A stretch of 64,000 nucleotides of DNA from Heteronotia binoei (taxonomy: Eukaryota): contig NC_083233.1 of assembly GCF_032191835.1 (NCBI RefSeq), forward strand, positions 49,538,001 to 49,602,000, written 5' to 3'. Positions within the stretch are counted from its first letter, which is position 1, and each line of letters begins with the position of its first letter. The translations under genes were made by a program, and so were the position numbers. The notes beneath the pieces are model-generated. The model had not been told where the DNA came from. It saw only the letters and a program-made list of their open reading frames with translations, and searched no databases. Of this stretch, positions 1-33,095 are shown piece after piece.

Positions 1-119
1 AAACTCTGCAGTTCTCATCACCTTATCTCAAAAAAGATGTTGTAAAATACAGGGGGAAATGCCAACAATGGCAAGCAAAATATGAAAAAGGGTAGGACTC
101 TGGGAATACCTTCTCTACA

Positions 120-265
120 AGGAAAGGCTGAGAAGTTGGAGGCTTTTTTAGTTCCATTGCTCTGCTTCTTAGATTTCTGGGGCATCTGGCTGGGCACTGC
201 ATGAAACACGATGCTGGACTAGATGGGCTATTGATCTAAAACAGCACAGCTACTCCTACGAAGGT
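120..265 (+). mobile_element. CR1 3' UTR fragment
   Basis: GATGCTGGACTAGATGGGC matches the CR1 3' UTR at 59840-59896. Confidence 0.55.
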
Positions 266-499
266 TGTCCAAAACTTCTTGAAGGCACTTCCACCCAATT
301 GCTAGAAGAAGAGGTGCAGACACCAAGATCTTGCAACAAGAGAGAAATAACTCTTCCATTTGCTCTGCTCCCTTTCCTAGCTTCTCTGCTCCTCTCCCAG
401 TTTCTCAATAGCCTGCATTTGTGTGATACTTTTAATGTATATTACCACATCAAGTCAGATAAGCCCCAACATTAATTCTGATCTCAGTCAGCCAGTTTA

Positions 500-20543
<20,044 letters not shown>

Positions 20544-23500
20544 CTTGCTGAAGAAAAAAAATCAGCAAAACCACTGGCTAAATCAAGGCAAAAAACAAAC
20601 AGGAGTGGTTTCAATCCTAGAAAAAAAGGGCAGGAGATGTACAAACCTTTACACAACTTTTTTTTTTAAGTAGATAATAGTTAAAAGTCATGTGCTGGCA
20701 GGACATTGCTAGAGAAGGAGACAGAGAAGAGAGGTAAGTGGGCAGGGTCTGTCAGAGGGTTAGATGGGTTGTCAGCCTCTGCAGTAGCAATACATCTACA
20801 AAATGTCAACAGGGGACAACAAGGGACATTTTAGTAAAAGGGGACAGAGCTGTTTTGTTAATCACCAGTGACATCAAGAATAATATCTGATAGATACCTA
20901 TGAGGATTATAGAAATGCATTTCCTATACAAGCCTGCTCATCAGCTAAGATCATCAGAGACTTGGTGGCAGGGTATCTGTAATGTACTGAGAACCGAGAT
21001 GGTTTGAAGGCAACATAGTTTATTCAGTAGCACATTACAAGAGAGAGAGCACGTGGGCCGGGCCCCGCTTATATACATTACCCGGGACTGCCCCCTCATC
21101 TGGCCAGGCCAATCCTGGTCAGTCAAACTTCCTGCCACAGATTGTGATGGGTGGGGCATCTGGCAGGCTACATCCGGGGACCCAGGGGTCGCCTTCAGTA
21201 GCGATCGCCATGCTGCATAACATCTTATGTTCAAAACATAACAGTATCTTTGCATTCAGGGATTTGTGGGAGCTTCCTCTGTGGTGGCACTGTGATTACA
21301 GAACTTCCTCCCTAGGCCCATTCACTTGTCCTCTCATTAGTATCTTACAGTTTACATTGATGTGCTTATAGCTTCCACTTCCTTGTTCATTCTTTTTTTC
21401 TAAGCTGAATTGTTTACCACATTGGGTTGTGTAACAGTTAGTATTTTTACACCATCTTAAATTATGTTGAAGACTTAACTGAAGGAAATCTGGAGCATGT
21501 ACATCTGAAATAAAGCAAATGTTACAGTGCAGAAACTTGTGCATGCTCAGGTGAGGTGACAATCGCACTTGACTCCAGAAAGTTGCATATCTCTCAGTTC
21601 AAGAGCCAATACACTAAAGGCTGCCTATCTCCAGGGGTTTGCAGAGGTTCAGAAATACTATCATAAGCGCAGAGGAGAAAAAGGACTGTTTAGCTGCTAG
21701 ACATAGTTGGCAAACCTTGGCAGTCAGCCAAATGTACTGTGTGTTCAAGTGCATGATCACAGCCTTTGTAGGTACCATCAGGGACTTGTTTTTGCAGCAT
21801 TCCCAGTAGCAGAAGGCATCTGCATGTATGTGTGTGTATGCTCAGTAAGCTGAAAATGTGGGTGCTGAAGGTGGGACCATGCCAGTCCTGCTGCAGCCGC
21901 ACACATTTTTTAATGTCTGCCTAACCTCCCCTCAGTAGAGTTAAATGTAAAAATACTGGCTTTCATTGAACAATTTGCATTGGAAGTTCCTCTGATTTGC
22001 CCACCAGCACCAGGGCAAAATCTTGCAGATAGGCACTCTCCCCACCATGATAGGTCTTTGCACCAAAAACTCTCTCATCTCTTCCACCTCCCACCTTCGC
22101 AATGCTTTCATTCATTTAATTGTACAGAAAACAGCCCAGGGACACTTGAAATTAAAAATCCACTCTTTATCTTCTAAATTCATAAGAGGATCAAGGGCAC
22201 TGATAACTCAAGTAGGGATTCCCTCCATTTGGGCTTCTGGATGGGATATTTAGCCACATTTGATAAGAGCTCCACCCTTGTTGATCCCACAGCCTTTGGC
22301 AAAACAATTACACAACCTTCCAATAATGTTAGGAAATGCCTGTTTCCCTTGTTGAGTTTTAGGGTCAGGATCCTTGGCAGTATATAACATTAGCAACAAG
22401 ATAGTTTTACTTTCCCCTTGATTAAGTTGCTCTTAAAGAAAATCTCTATTTATCCCACACTCACCTAGCTCAGCACAGTTTCTGTATAATAGCTACCAGA
22501 CAATAACAGCTAAATAGCTGAACCAGCCCACACAATTACAGGCACGGAAACAATAAAGTCATCAATCACTGAAAGCCTTTAGACCAAAAAAACGAGAGAT
22601 AGAGAGAGATGTGCGTCACCTGCACAGAATGACACTCACCTCAAAACCTCTTCCGGAAGATCGTTCTGTATTGCAGGAAGGATGGGTGCTATAACTAACA
22701 AGTCCTCACCCTGGTACAGAATGGACCTGCTGGATTAAAGTGGATCATCAAAAGAGTTTACAGGGTGGAGTAAACTAACCAGGAAAATGAGATACGACCT
22801 TCTGGAATGAGGGTTTGAGGTTCATGTGGGTAACTATGTTTGGTTCTAGTTGAAGCTTCTATCCAGTAGTTATTTATTGCCTGCCCTGCACTAGTTTCTG
22901 AAGCACAGAAAATCACTCAAGTGTAACAGGCGTTAATTTCCTAGGGACACTTAATCTCACAACCAAACTAGTTTTATTTGTAGCTACCAGTTGAAACCAG
23001 TCAGCATCATATATGTGGTATTTACGGGCATCATACATCTACACCCAAGTGTACTAGTACAAGAATTTATTCAGTTCAGTGAGAACAGAATCCTGAAGAA
23101 ATTTATATTCACATAAACCCAAATCTGAAAAGGCACTAGCAAATGGCATAACAGGTGATCATATTAGAAAATCAGTACACTGTACAAGAGATAATACAGT
23201 CAGTTTTCTCCTAAATATTTATCCAGTCTTATTGCAGGCCTCTAGACACACAGCAAAACCACTTATCCAGCAACGCAGGATGAGCAGAATTGCCAGACCT
23301 GCAAGCTGCCTTTGCTGAGATTTTTAAAATCCACTCAAATGTCTTAATATTTGCATATAAGAGACTTAATACTTGAGTGGCTGAGGAGTCTGGAATTCAT
23401 AATTGATCTCTGCTCACTTTCCAGCCTGATCCTGTACATTTTTACTCAGAGATAAATGCCACAATATTCAATCCAGTTTATTCTCAAGTACATAGTTTTT

Positions 23501-25382
23501 TGTAGATATTCGCCAGAAGAAAAGAGGGCACCCCGTGGGAGTTCTCCAGGCCCTGACAGTGTTGGGGGGGACCTCACCCCCATCCCCAGGGCGGCGCCTT
23601 TCCCTCTCTTCTGTACAATTGAAATCATGCATGAGGGGTAGTGGGTGCTCCTGCAAGCCCCTCCCATGTGATTTAAATCACACAAGAGGGTGAGGGACAG
23701 CCCCAGATTCTCCAGCTTCCTACTCTCAGGAAGGGGTACCCCCACGGCCCCCTCCCTCCACAGCCCCTAGCTAAAGGGCTGCAGTTCTCCCAGCTGGCAG
23801 CTTTCAGCTCCTTGAAGACAGACATTTTCCACAGCTACTTCAAGGAAAGAGGGACTACAGTAAGACAATACCCACATCTTTCATACCCAGCAACTGCCTA
23901 GCTACACACACACTGCTAGAATCTACATACCAAAGTCCTTTCCCTCTTCCTCATGCCCAGCACCATTTTGGTGTCAAGAGTTAATCCACTTTACCATCAG
24001 CTAATTCTGTGTCTTAGATACTTGATATCCCTACCTTCTTGATCCACCAAGCTAAACTAGGTCTTTCTAGTTGTTTTTAATTGGCAGTGTCTTGGAAGCA
24101 GACCTCGAATTCAGCAGGAACTCACATGAGCGCAGTTCCTGAACTTTTCTGAGAGTTCCTCCTCCTCCTCCTCCCCACCTTGTTCGTTAAATAGTAGGTG
24201 CAATTGAATAGTAGGTTACAATCCCTGGATGAGCTCCACCACCTATTTTTCTACAAAATGACTCCTACTTTGAAGAATGCACTTACTGATGCACTGGCAA
24301 CGTTCCTTAAGGTCCACAATAACCCTTGAGGCCAATAGATTATTTACCCACAGGACAGTCTTGCACACATTTCACTGAGCTGGATTGTTCCCAAAGATAA
24401 CACAAACTAGGAGATCTTTAGACCACAGTTCTAGATTGTGTAAAACCAAAACAGCCCCTATGGAGTCTCAGGTTGCCCCTTATACTACCTGCTGAGCCAC
24501 TCTTTTTTCCTTATCAAGCCCAGTAGCAAATGGCAGACACTTCGTTCTTGTGTGCCACGTTTGCTGGCAGGAGTTTCATCTGAGAACACCAAAAGAAAAA
24601 GCAGCAAACTACAGAAGATGCAGCACACACTCACCCTATTAACTGGCTGAGAGCCTCAGACCTGAAGAAGCCACCAGACTGGTTCCCCAGGTATCCACAC
24701 AGCCAAACGTGACCCTGCCCATTACCTGCTTCTGGAGGTGGACTTGGCAACAAGAGGGAGACAGTGACCTGGCCTCTGCTGCAAAGGTCTTATGCACAAA
24801 CCCAAGGGAGCTGCATGAGAGCACTGAGGCAACTGGTGGTCTCATGACATCCTTGACCTGGGCAGGCCATAAACATTTTACCACCAAGCAGCCTTTCTTC
24901 AAGAGACCAGATGCAAATCTTTTGCCCTGGCAGGGAAAAAACATTTACTCAACTGCTACTTGTCATGCAGGAGAAGGACTGCAATTGCACCTTTCCCTTC
25001 TTATGCAGCATTGTGTTTGTGTGGTGTTCTAGCTACTCTAGTGGAATTCTAATGAATGAGTAGGTTGAAATTATGCATCTTAAGAGATTGGAAAGGCAAG
25101 TGTTTATCTGACCTGGGACAGATAGAGCAGTATTGGGCAGGACAATACTTAGAACAATTGCCTGAGTTTAATTTCTTCCCAGAGGAATCTTTTGAGACAA
25201 AAAAAGGTCTTTACTACGGATGTCTCATGTTCTAAATCCCTAGTGGAGTGCAGTTTGCCTTAGGTAAGACCAGTCCCCACGGTGAGGTTTTGTGATGATC
25301 TTTGACCAAGACCACATCTGTCAGAGAACAGTCAAAAGGAAAAGATTTAAGTATTCCTTTATCAGCAAATCTGGTTCTACCA

Positions 25383-25668
25383 TCAAGGAAAGGAAAGGTC
25401 CCCTCTGCGAGCAGTAGTCATTTCCGACTCTGGGGTAACATTGCTTTCACAAAGTTTTCACGGCAGACTTTTTGCAGGCTGGTTTGCCATTGCCTTCCCC
25501 AGTCTTTTTACACTTTCCCCCCAGCAAGCTGGGTATTCATTTTACCAACTTCGGGCTGGCTACCTGAACCCAGCTTCTGCCAGAATCGAACTCAGGTCAT
25601 GAGCAGAGAGTTCAGACCACAGTATTTCAGTACTGCTGCTTTACCACTCTGCGCCACAGGGCCACTTT
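25383..25668 (-). mobile_element. Sauria-type SINE, internally deleted, 11-bp TSD
   Basis: Homologous to 6225-6509; TSD TGGTTCTACCA at 25372-25382 and 25669-25679. Confidence 0.85.
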
Positions 25669-26142
25669 TGGTTCTACCAACCAGATTGTAAATGTCAGGG
25701 GAAACAAAAACAATAAAGTAGGAAGTGTCCAGCCACTCCATTGTACTTTCACATGCACATTGCTCACATGCACAAATGCCCTCTAATGCACATGTACACC
25801 ATTCAGCCTTCAATCTGTACACTCACCCAATTTAATAATACAAATTACTATTCCACTGTGTGACTCCCATTCTTTGCACGGGAGAGGTTCCCAGTGGATT
25901 TACTGACATTTAAAAACAGAGGATTTTCTCTGCAGAACTCCATATCATTTTATTGGATTCAAGGGAACTGGAGTGAAACAGTGGATTTTCCCCACCACCA
26001 CAGCAGATTCTGCCAAGGAAGTAGGAGAAGCTGCCCTTTGCTCAGATCTTCTTGAGTGTTAACATAGGAATAGTTGCAAGCCTTTCTCCTCTGAGGACAG
26101 AAAGAGTCTGCAACATTTCTCCATCAAACCAGCAAAGCATTA

Positions 26143-27214
26143 AGGCAATGGGCACAAACTAGGAAAATGTGGTTTGCAATGGTCTGTGGTATGTCAGATT
26201 CACAAACAGTCATGAAGTTTTAAGAGCCAAACAAACCTGTTCAGTTTATGATGCTTTAAAATTTCCCTCTGGTGTGCTAGAGACATCAAACTCACAGAGG
26301 TTCTCCATCTAACTCTCTCTGCCCTCCAATTTTGGTGAGAATTGAATTTAAGGGGTCTGAGTTATGCCCTCCCCCAAGAAGATGCCACCATTCTTCATTG
26401 TTTCCAATGGAGGAAAGAAAAGAGCAAAAAAAAGCAAAAAAAAAAGCAAACAAGGCAACAGAAGCTCAGCAGAAGAGAATCAAAGTCTCAGATAATCTGT
26501 AAAATATAAACTGAAGTTGGAGGGCATGTTCCAAATCCAGTGCAATGTGCCCAACAGAATTGGTGCAAAATTAAACTCAACAAGACTAAGATCAAGTCAG
26601 AAAATTTCTGCAGTAGAAACTGAAAGGGGGGCATTTTTACAAGCCCAGCAGAACCAGTGCAATGTACAAAGTGCCCAGCAGAATCCACTGCCATTGTGGC
26701 AATGCCAAGTCAACAGAACCGAAATAAAGCACAAGATCAGTCTCCAAGCAAGGGAGTATGCACAACCAGATACAATGTGCAAAATGCCCAGTATAATCTA
26801 TTGCCACTGTGGCACTGCAAGCTTTGAAAAACTGATCTCAAAGTACAGAGTCACAAGACATTCAATGGGGGGTGGATGGGATTTTGAAAGCTCTGTGCAA
26901 GAAAATGAGGAGGGAACACAAAGCAACCCTGCAAAGGGAGGGGGGGGGACTCCTCTTGAAACTGACATAACTAGCTCGAAACTGACAAAAGTGTTTCCCA
27001 AGGCTGGAGAAATCTGCCCCCCCTTCCTTTGAAGTGTGGTAAACATTCTGTTTGAGGAAAGACTGTCTGAAAATTTATCAATTTATTAACCCACAGAAAC
27101 CTCCATGAACTGCTTGATTGTAGACAGTTCTTGCAGTTTGACCTACCACAAACCATAAATGAGCCAAAATTTGTCGCAAACTTTTGTTAATGAGCCTGTT
27201 CATGCCCATCCCTA
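26143..27214. mobile_element. TIR element, family TAGGGATGGGCAC (~1.07 kb)
   Basis: AGGCAATGGGCACAAAC ... GTTCATGCCCATCCCTA; subterminal sequence resembles 15008-15717. Confidence 0.6.
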
Positions 27215-27574
27215 GCAACTGCATATTTGATTTAGATTTATTAACAGCCCATGGCCAGTATAGAAATATATAAATATCACAACAATCACACAAGGAAAAT
27301 GGTTACACAATAAAATTATTAAAACTTACTAAAATTAAATACATAGATTTACAGCTCTAGTAAGACAGTTATGTAATTCAGCTTCCCACAATTCCTTGAG
27401 AAACGTAAATTGAGTGCAATTTCATTGCTTGAGTACAGAATTTTGCAATTTTTTTACTAATCTCTGGGTTCTCGTCAGAAAGAAATGACATTTGTGTCAT
27501 GGGGTGGGGAGTCAAGATTCTCATGGCTTGTACTTCATTAGAGATGAAGAGCCTCTAGCATCAGATTAATATGA

Positions 27575-28065
27575 AGATTCATATATGGCCGAGGACCTGC
27601 CTACCTTAGGGACTGTCTCTCCATATGTTCCCCAGAGAGCACTGAGATCTAGTTCACAAAATCTACTGAAAATCCCTGGGCCAAAGGAGGCCAAACTGAA
27701 AGTAACAAGGGAGCGGGCCTTCTCGATAACAGCACCCCAATGGTGGAAACAGCTGCCAGAGGAGGTGCGGGCCCTGCGGGACCTTAATCAGTTCCGTAGG
27801 GTTTGCAAAACTGTCCTTTTCCAGCTGGCATATTAAGATGGAACCATCGCATCAATAAGCTATGTTTACATGTATATTAAGAATGTAGCACCATTAATTT
27901 ATACTGTAATTTAAATTTAAAATTTTAATCTAATCGCTGGTTTAAGAAATGTATTTTAATGGTTATGTTGTATTTATTGTTACATCATGGTGTGACCCAC
28001 CATGTCCTGTAAGCCGCCCTGAGCCTACTTCGGCAGGGAGGGCGGGGTATAAATAAAAAAATATT
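27575..28065 (+). mobile_element. L2-clade LINE 3' end
   Basis: ORF YVPQRALRSSSQNLL..P....RAFS..APQWW..LP....FRR.CKT.LFQLA is the L2 ORF2 C-terminus; tail TAAGCCGCCCTGAGCC..GGGAGGGCGGGGTATAAATAAA. Confidence 0.85.
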
Positions 28066-28109
28066 ATTATTATTTTCCCACTTTGTGGGAAGGGCAGGAT
28101 ACAAATCAT

Positions 28110-28440
28110 AGAATAAATAAATAAATAATTATTAACAATCTCTTTGTCGGAGATTTTGGGACCTTTTGATAATATTGGAGAAATAAATGTCAAACGAATA
28201 TCATTATATATCAGGCAATGAAGTAAAACATGTATTGTTGTCTCTATTGCACCAGCATTACAGGGACAAATTCTCTCAGCTTGAGGGATTTTATTATATC
28301 CACCCTCAACCACTGCTGATGGCAGTACAGCTAACCTTGCAAGAGAAAAGGCCCTTCTCTGATTGGCATTCTCCAGGCTATATAGATAAGGGGACAATTG
28401 AAGAAGGCAACGTCTTTAGGAGGCAACGAAGTTTGGTGAT
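28110..28440 (-). mobile_element. Non-LTR retrotransposon ORF2 C-terminal CCHC fragment
   Basis: RRAFSLARLAVLPSAVVEGGYNKIPQAERICPCNAGAIETTIHVLLHC..Y..IR (R.C.C-x-E-x-H-x-C zinc knuckle); clade not determined. Confidence 0.7.
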
Positions 28441-28767
28441 TTGGAGATGTTTGCTAGCAACTGGTTAGGATGCCAATGGAGGAAGGATGCCAGCCAGCCC
28501 TGTCACCCTCTGGCTGCCCTCCTCCACTTGTCTGTGGCACTGAGGGCCCTGGGAGGGCTCCAGCCCCAATACATGACCAACAGAGAGCCTGCCTACTCCT
28601 TCCCTCCTTCTATGAGTGGGGTAGAACTGGCCCTCTTTCTTCTAACCTCTGCTACACCTTGTCTGATGGACTGGAGGGTCAGGAAAGCATGTAGCTTCTT
28701 GCCACAGTGTGGGGAGGAAGAGGGCAAGTATGGGGGGGGGTGGTAGGGCTGCTTGGGTGCTCTAGCC

Positions 28768-28905
28768 CAGGGGTGGCCAACGGTAGCTCTCCAGATGTTT
28801 TTTTGCCTACAACTCCCATCACCCCTAGCCAGCATGGCTGATGGCTGGGACTGATGGGAGTTGTAGGCAAAAACACAACTGGAGAGCTACCATTGGCCAC
28901 CTCTG
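28768..28905. mobile_element. Palindromic hAT (Charlie-like) MITE, perfect 8-bp TSD
   Basis: CAGGGGTGGCCAA ... TTGGCCACCTCTG; TSD CTCTAGCC both sides; internal fold-back. Confidence 0.9.
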
Positions 28906-29020
28906 CTCTAGCCTATGGTGCACAAAATTTCTGGGTTAGCCCTGAAGCTATATCAATCTGTAGCAGCAAAATTAAAACAGGAGTCCAGTGGCACCTTAAA
29001 GACTAACAAAATTTATTCAA

Positions 29021-29058
29021 ACATAAACTTGTGAGTCAGTGTTTACTTCATCAAATGC
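29021..29058 (-). ncRNA. Strongly decayed hammerhead motif, Penelope-like terminus
   Basis: Minus strand GCAT-TTGATGA-A-GTAAA(CACTGA)CTCAC-AAGTTT-ATGT plus tail TTGAATAAA...GTCTTTAAGGTGCCAC (to ~28960). Confidence 0.55.
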
Positions 29059-29384
29059 ATTGGAGTGTTCATCCGCTTGTGCATTTGCACTAAAACTGCT
29101 TTGGTGGGGAGGGCAGGATATAAATCCAATAAACCTAAATGCTACAAACAACAGAAAAGTGTGTGGGTTTCCCTCAGTTTATATTAAATTCCAATCAAAA
29201 GAGTAATCATTCCACTTGGTGGAGGACCATTTCCAGCTGTTTGTAGGTACGCAAACATGATTAATATAAAATCAGATCTAATCCAAGGACAAGCAGAATG
29301 AAAAATGATAAGGAGATCCAGATCTATACCTCCTCTATCACGATCTATTAGACTTACATGGATCCTGCTGCATAATAATTATAA

Positions 29385-29940
29385 TAAGTTTTTATTTATA
29401 CCCCGCCCTCCCCGCCAAGGCAGGCTCAGGGTGGCTTACAAAGCATGATATAACAATAAACAGATAATAAAATCAGTAAACAATGGCATAAATACAATAT
29501 ATAAATTAATATTAAAATTAATCTAAAAACAATACAATGGTGCTACAATCTCTGTTTGTCCAAGATAGCTTAATATTAGTTCTGGTTCCATCTGAAAAGG
29601 CTAGTTGGAAGAGGGCCGTTTTGCAAGCCCTACGGAACTGATTAAGAGCCTGTAGGGCCCGCACCTCTTCCAGCAGCTGATTCCACCATTGGGGTGCTTT
29701 TATAGAGAAGGCCTGCTCCCTGGTTGTTTTTAGTTCGGCCTCCTTAGGCCCAGGGATTTCCAAAAGATTTTGTGAGCTGGAACGCAGTGCTCTCTGGGGA
29801 ACATATGGAAAGAGGCCGTCCCTGAGGTAGGCAGGTCCTCGGCCATATAGGGCTTTAAAGGTAATAACCAGCACCTTGCAACGAACCCGGTATACAATTG
29901 GCAGCTAGTGCAGTTCCCGCAGCCTAGGCCGCACATGTTC
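29385..29940 (-). mobile_element. L2-clade LINE 3' end (inverted relative to 27575-28065)
   Basis: ORF 29518-29874 ITFKALYGRGPAYL...RALRSS...KTALFQLAF plus the same tail. Confidence 0.88.
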
Positions 29941-32900
29941 CCACCAAGGTAGTCGGTGCATCATTCTTCTTCTCCAGAATGCACAAACTGGAAAGAGAAT
30001 ATATGGTTAGTGATGCTGTCTTGAAAAAGTCCATTAAACTTTCTAAAACTACAAACTTTTATCTGGTTGGAAGTGTATATAAAATAAATTGAGATAGAAA
30101 TGCCATCTCAAGCCAACCAATAGGGTAGTGGAGGCTTTGAGAGCCACACAATATGTGTGAAAGAGCCATATGCAGCTCCCAAGCCTCAGTTTGGCCACCC
30201 CTGTGGTAGCTCAAAGGACCATAAACGCTTGAAGAGTGGAGGGTCCTTCATGCCATACCTGAACAGCTGCCTCTTCTCTACATCACATCAGCCACCTTGT
30301 CTGCAGAGGTGGTGATTCAGCTGACAGCAACAACGACCGTCAGCTTCTGAAAAGGGAAATAGCGAATAGCTAGTTATTCACTGAAAAGAAAAGGAGTAAG
30401 TAGACACTGAACCCTAGTGCAAAAATGAAAAATACCTGTAGGTTGAGGGGTGAAGCAACATGACGTCTTCTGGGTTACTGGTAGTTTGATAACGACTGAA
30501 GAATTCCATTGTTCCTTCTTGCAGTGCAAAGGATGGCCTTTCAGACAAAGCAGGCTGGCAGAGGAAGCTCTAACTCCCTGCCACTTGAAGAACCTTATGG
30601 AGCTCCTCAAGATAAGGGCAGGTGGCACCTGATTATTGTGGGTGATGAATCTGGCCTGTATTCCAGCTGTCTGGCTTTTTATCTGGTTCTGCATACTCAC
30701 TGTTGAACAGTTATGTCCTTGGAAATGCACTTGAAACAGTGGCAATTTCAGAGAAAAGTTGTAACCAGTCATATTGACTTCAGAGAGCCTCCTGTACTTT
30801 CTGCTCACCCCAAAGGGTAAGTAGACACAGAATCTCCTCCCACTTTCCAGAAATTCCATGGGTGCCTGAATACATAGTCCACAAAACAGGAAAATAAGGG
30901 AGTACAGTCTGATTGGGGAGAGGACTGGGGGGGGGGGCAAGGGAAAGAGGAAATGTTAACTAGATACCTGTGCTTTTTAAAGGAAGGCAATTTAATAAAA
31001 TTGATGATCCTCAGTAATCCTGATTCTGTAATAATGGTGCAGGAGAAAAGGACAGCAAGGTGCCAGGCGCAAGAAGGGGATGAAGAAGGACCACACGTAG
31101 GATGAGTCCAGACCAGCAGTTTAAGCCAACACAGGGATGGCTCACAGATGGATTAAAATATAAAGTCAAATGTGCACATCTGCCTCCCATCCCACTCCTG
31201 TACTCACCTCATCCTCCAGCGGCTCTGAGACGGCTCAAAAAGCTACCACTTAGGGAGTGGAAATAAATTCTTTTGCCACACACCATCCACCTTTTCAGGA
31301 GTCTGAATGTCAGAGAGCACATGCAAGATGGATTGGCAATGTAAACCCACCAATCTGCTCTAGGTACTCACCAGTATTTAAAAAAAAACACCTGTCCTAG
31401 GCCACTAAAAAAAAATGTAAGGAGCACATAGCCACTAAAAAAAAGGTAAGGAACAAGGGAAACTCAAACCACACGAAGGGATGGTGCACAACAACCGTCT
31501 GGCTGTGCTGAAGCACACCTCGTGTGAGATACAGGTGCCTTACGCAGGAGCATCTGATCACTCTTTGTCTGCTCCAGTTTGGGGAGGCACAGTTTGGGGC
31601 ACCTCCAGTGTGCCCAAAGCTGTCTGTACCCAACCACCTTACAGATGGATCACTGAAGTTGTCCTCATTTCCCTCCTTCCCCCCACCCAGCTTGTCCTTG
31701 GGGACATTTTGGCACTTTGTGTTTGGCCTTTTTGACCTGTGCATACACAACACTGACAAGACAAAACTAGAGAATAATTTATTAATATTTATTAACAGTT
31801 CAAATTGGTATTTTGTTGTATTTGGCAATATTTCATAATCCTGTTATAGTGCATACATAGCCACAGTTTACCTCCATCAGTACCATTACAGGGAGGGGAA
31901 ATGGCTTGAAAGCAAAGGCAAAATAACACTGTAGGACCTTTCCAGGGCAGGGAGAGGTGTAATATTGCTCCTATACACCATGTTAACACAGCCAGATGAT
32001 ACTCTTTCCCCATCCCCTTGTTGTAGTTAAACAGGTTTAGGAAAATGCGGAGAAAGCAACAGAGGCTGGATGGGAAAAAAAATGATGCTGTGTGGGAACT
32101 TCAAAGAATACTACAGCAGTCAGGATGCCACCAAAGAGCAAAACCTCCATGTGGAAGCTGTCTCGTGACAGCTTCATATAGCAAGAAGTCTTTCTTGGAG
32201 AAGGAATTGTGCAGGTCTATAATGATGATAACAGCGTCAACGCTATGATTTGTATAGCATCAAATAAGGCACAGAAATTTTTTCTATTACTTACAAATAT
32301 AAAAAACCTTGTTTTTCTTAAAAGAAGGACACAGTCCCTTCATCCCAGAAGCATTAAATTGAGCAGAAAAAACTAAGTTGCTCTGTTAACATACCTTATG
32401 GGGTGTTAGCTGGAAGCCAGCTAGAAATCCTCAGATGGTTATTTTGCTGCTTTAAAATATATCAAAACCCTCTCCTCCTTTGTTCTTGTCTGTTAGATTA
32501 GAGATTTCAGTCTGTTAGTAAAGGCTGACTAGCAAGTGAACTTTATAAATGGGAGGGGCTGGGGAAAGCCAATTGCTGGGAGGAAGTGGTTTAAGTAAAA
32601 AGAACTTGAAGCCTCAGGTGGTGATAGAAAGAGGCTGGATTCATTCTCTGGCCTGTAGACTTTTCTGTCTGTTTCCCCACTTCCTTGTTCCTTTATTTTC
32701 TTAATTGCTAATTACTGTTTTTCAAGAGAAAGGAGAGTTCAGAGTCAGGCTGCTGCTTTGTTTTGTTGTGCCTTCTCTCCTTACAAAGCAGAAGACATGG
32801 AAGGGCAGGCTGGCTTTATACCTTGGCAAATATGTCAGGGAACCTTCCTGAGAAGTGTGTTTGTCAAGGGCCTGGGAATGGAAGTCCTGTACCTGGGGAA

Positions 32901-33095
32901 GTTTCCGGGGGGTGGGGGTGGGGGGAGGGGTGACTTTTCTCTACACCATGTATCAGGGAAACTTGATGAAGTCAAGATGGATGCCATTATCTATTGTGTT
33001 GGGGGCTGTTTGGTCAGGGACAGCTCAGGTCAGGGAAGAGATGTCAGATAGGATCACATCTTTCCATTTCCTCTTTCAGTCATGGAGCCCCTGAC

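Noticed and set aside
26517-27032. 171-aa ORF as a transposase
   Set aside because: Inside a non-autonomous TIR element; no DDE, BED or dimerisation motifs.
30374-30940. 188-aa minus-strand ORF as a gene
   Set aside because: TTG start in a G-run, no homology recognised; it crosses candidate splice sites.
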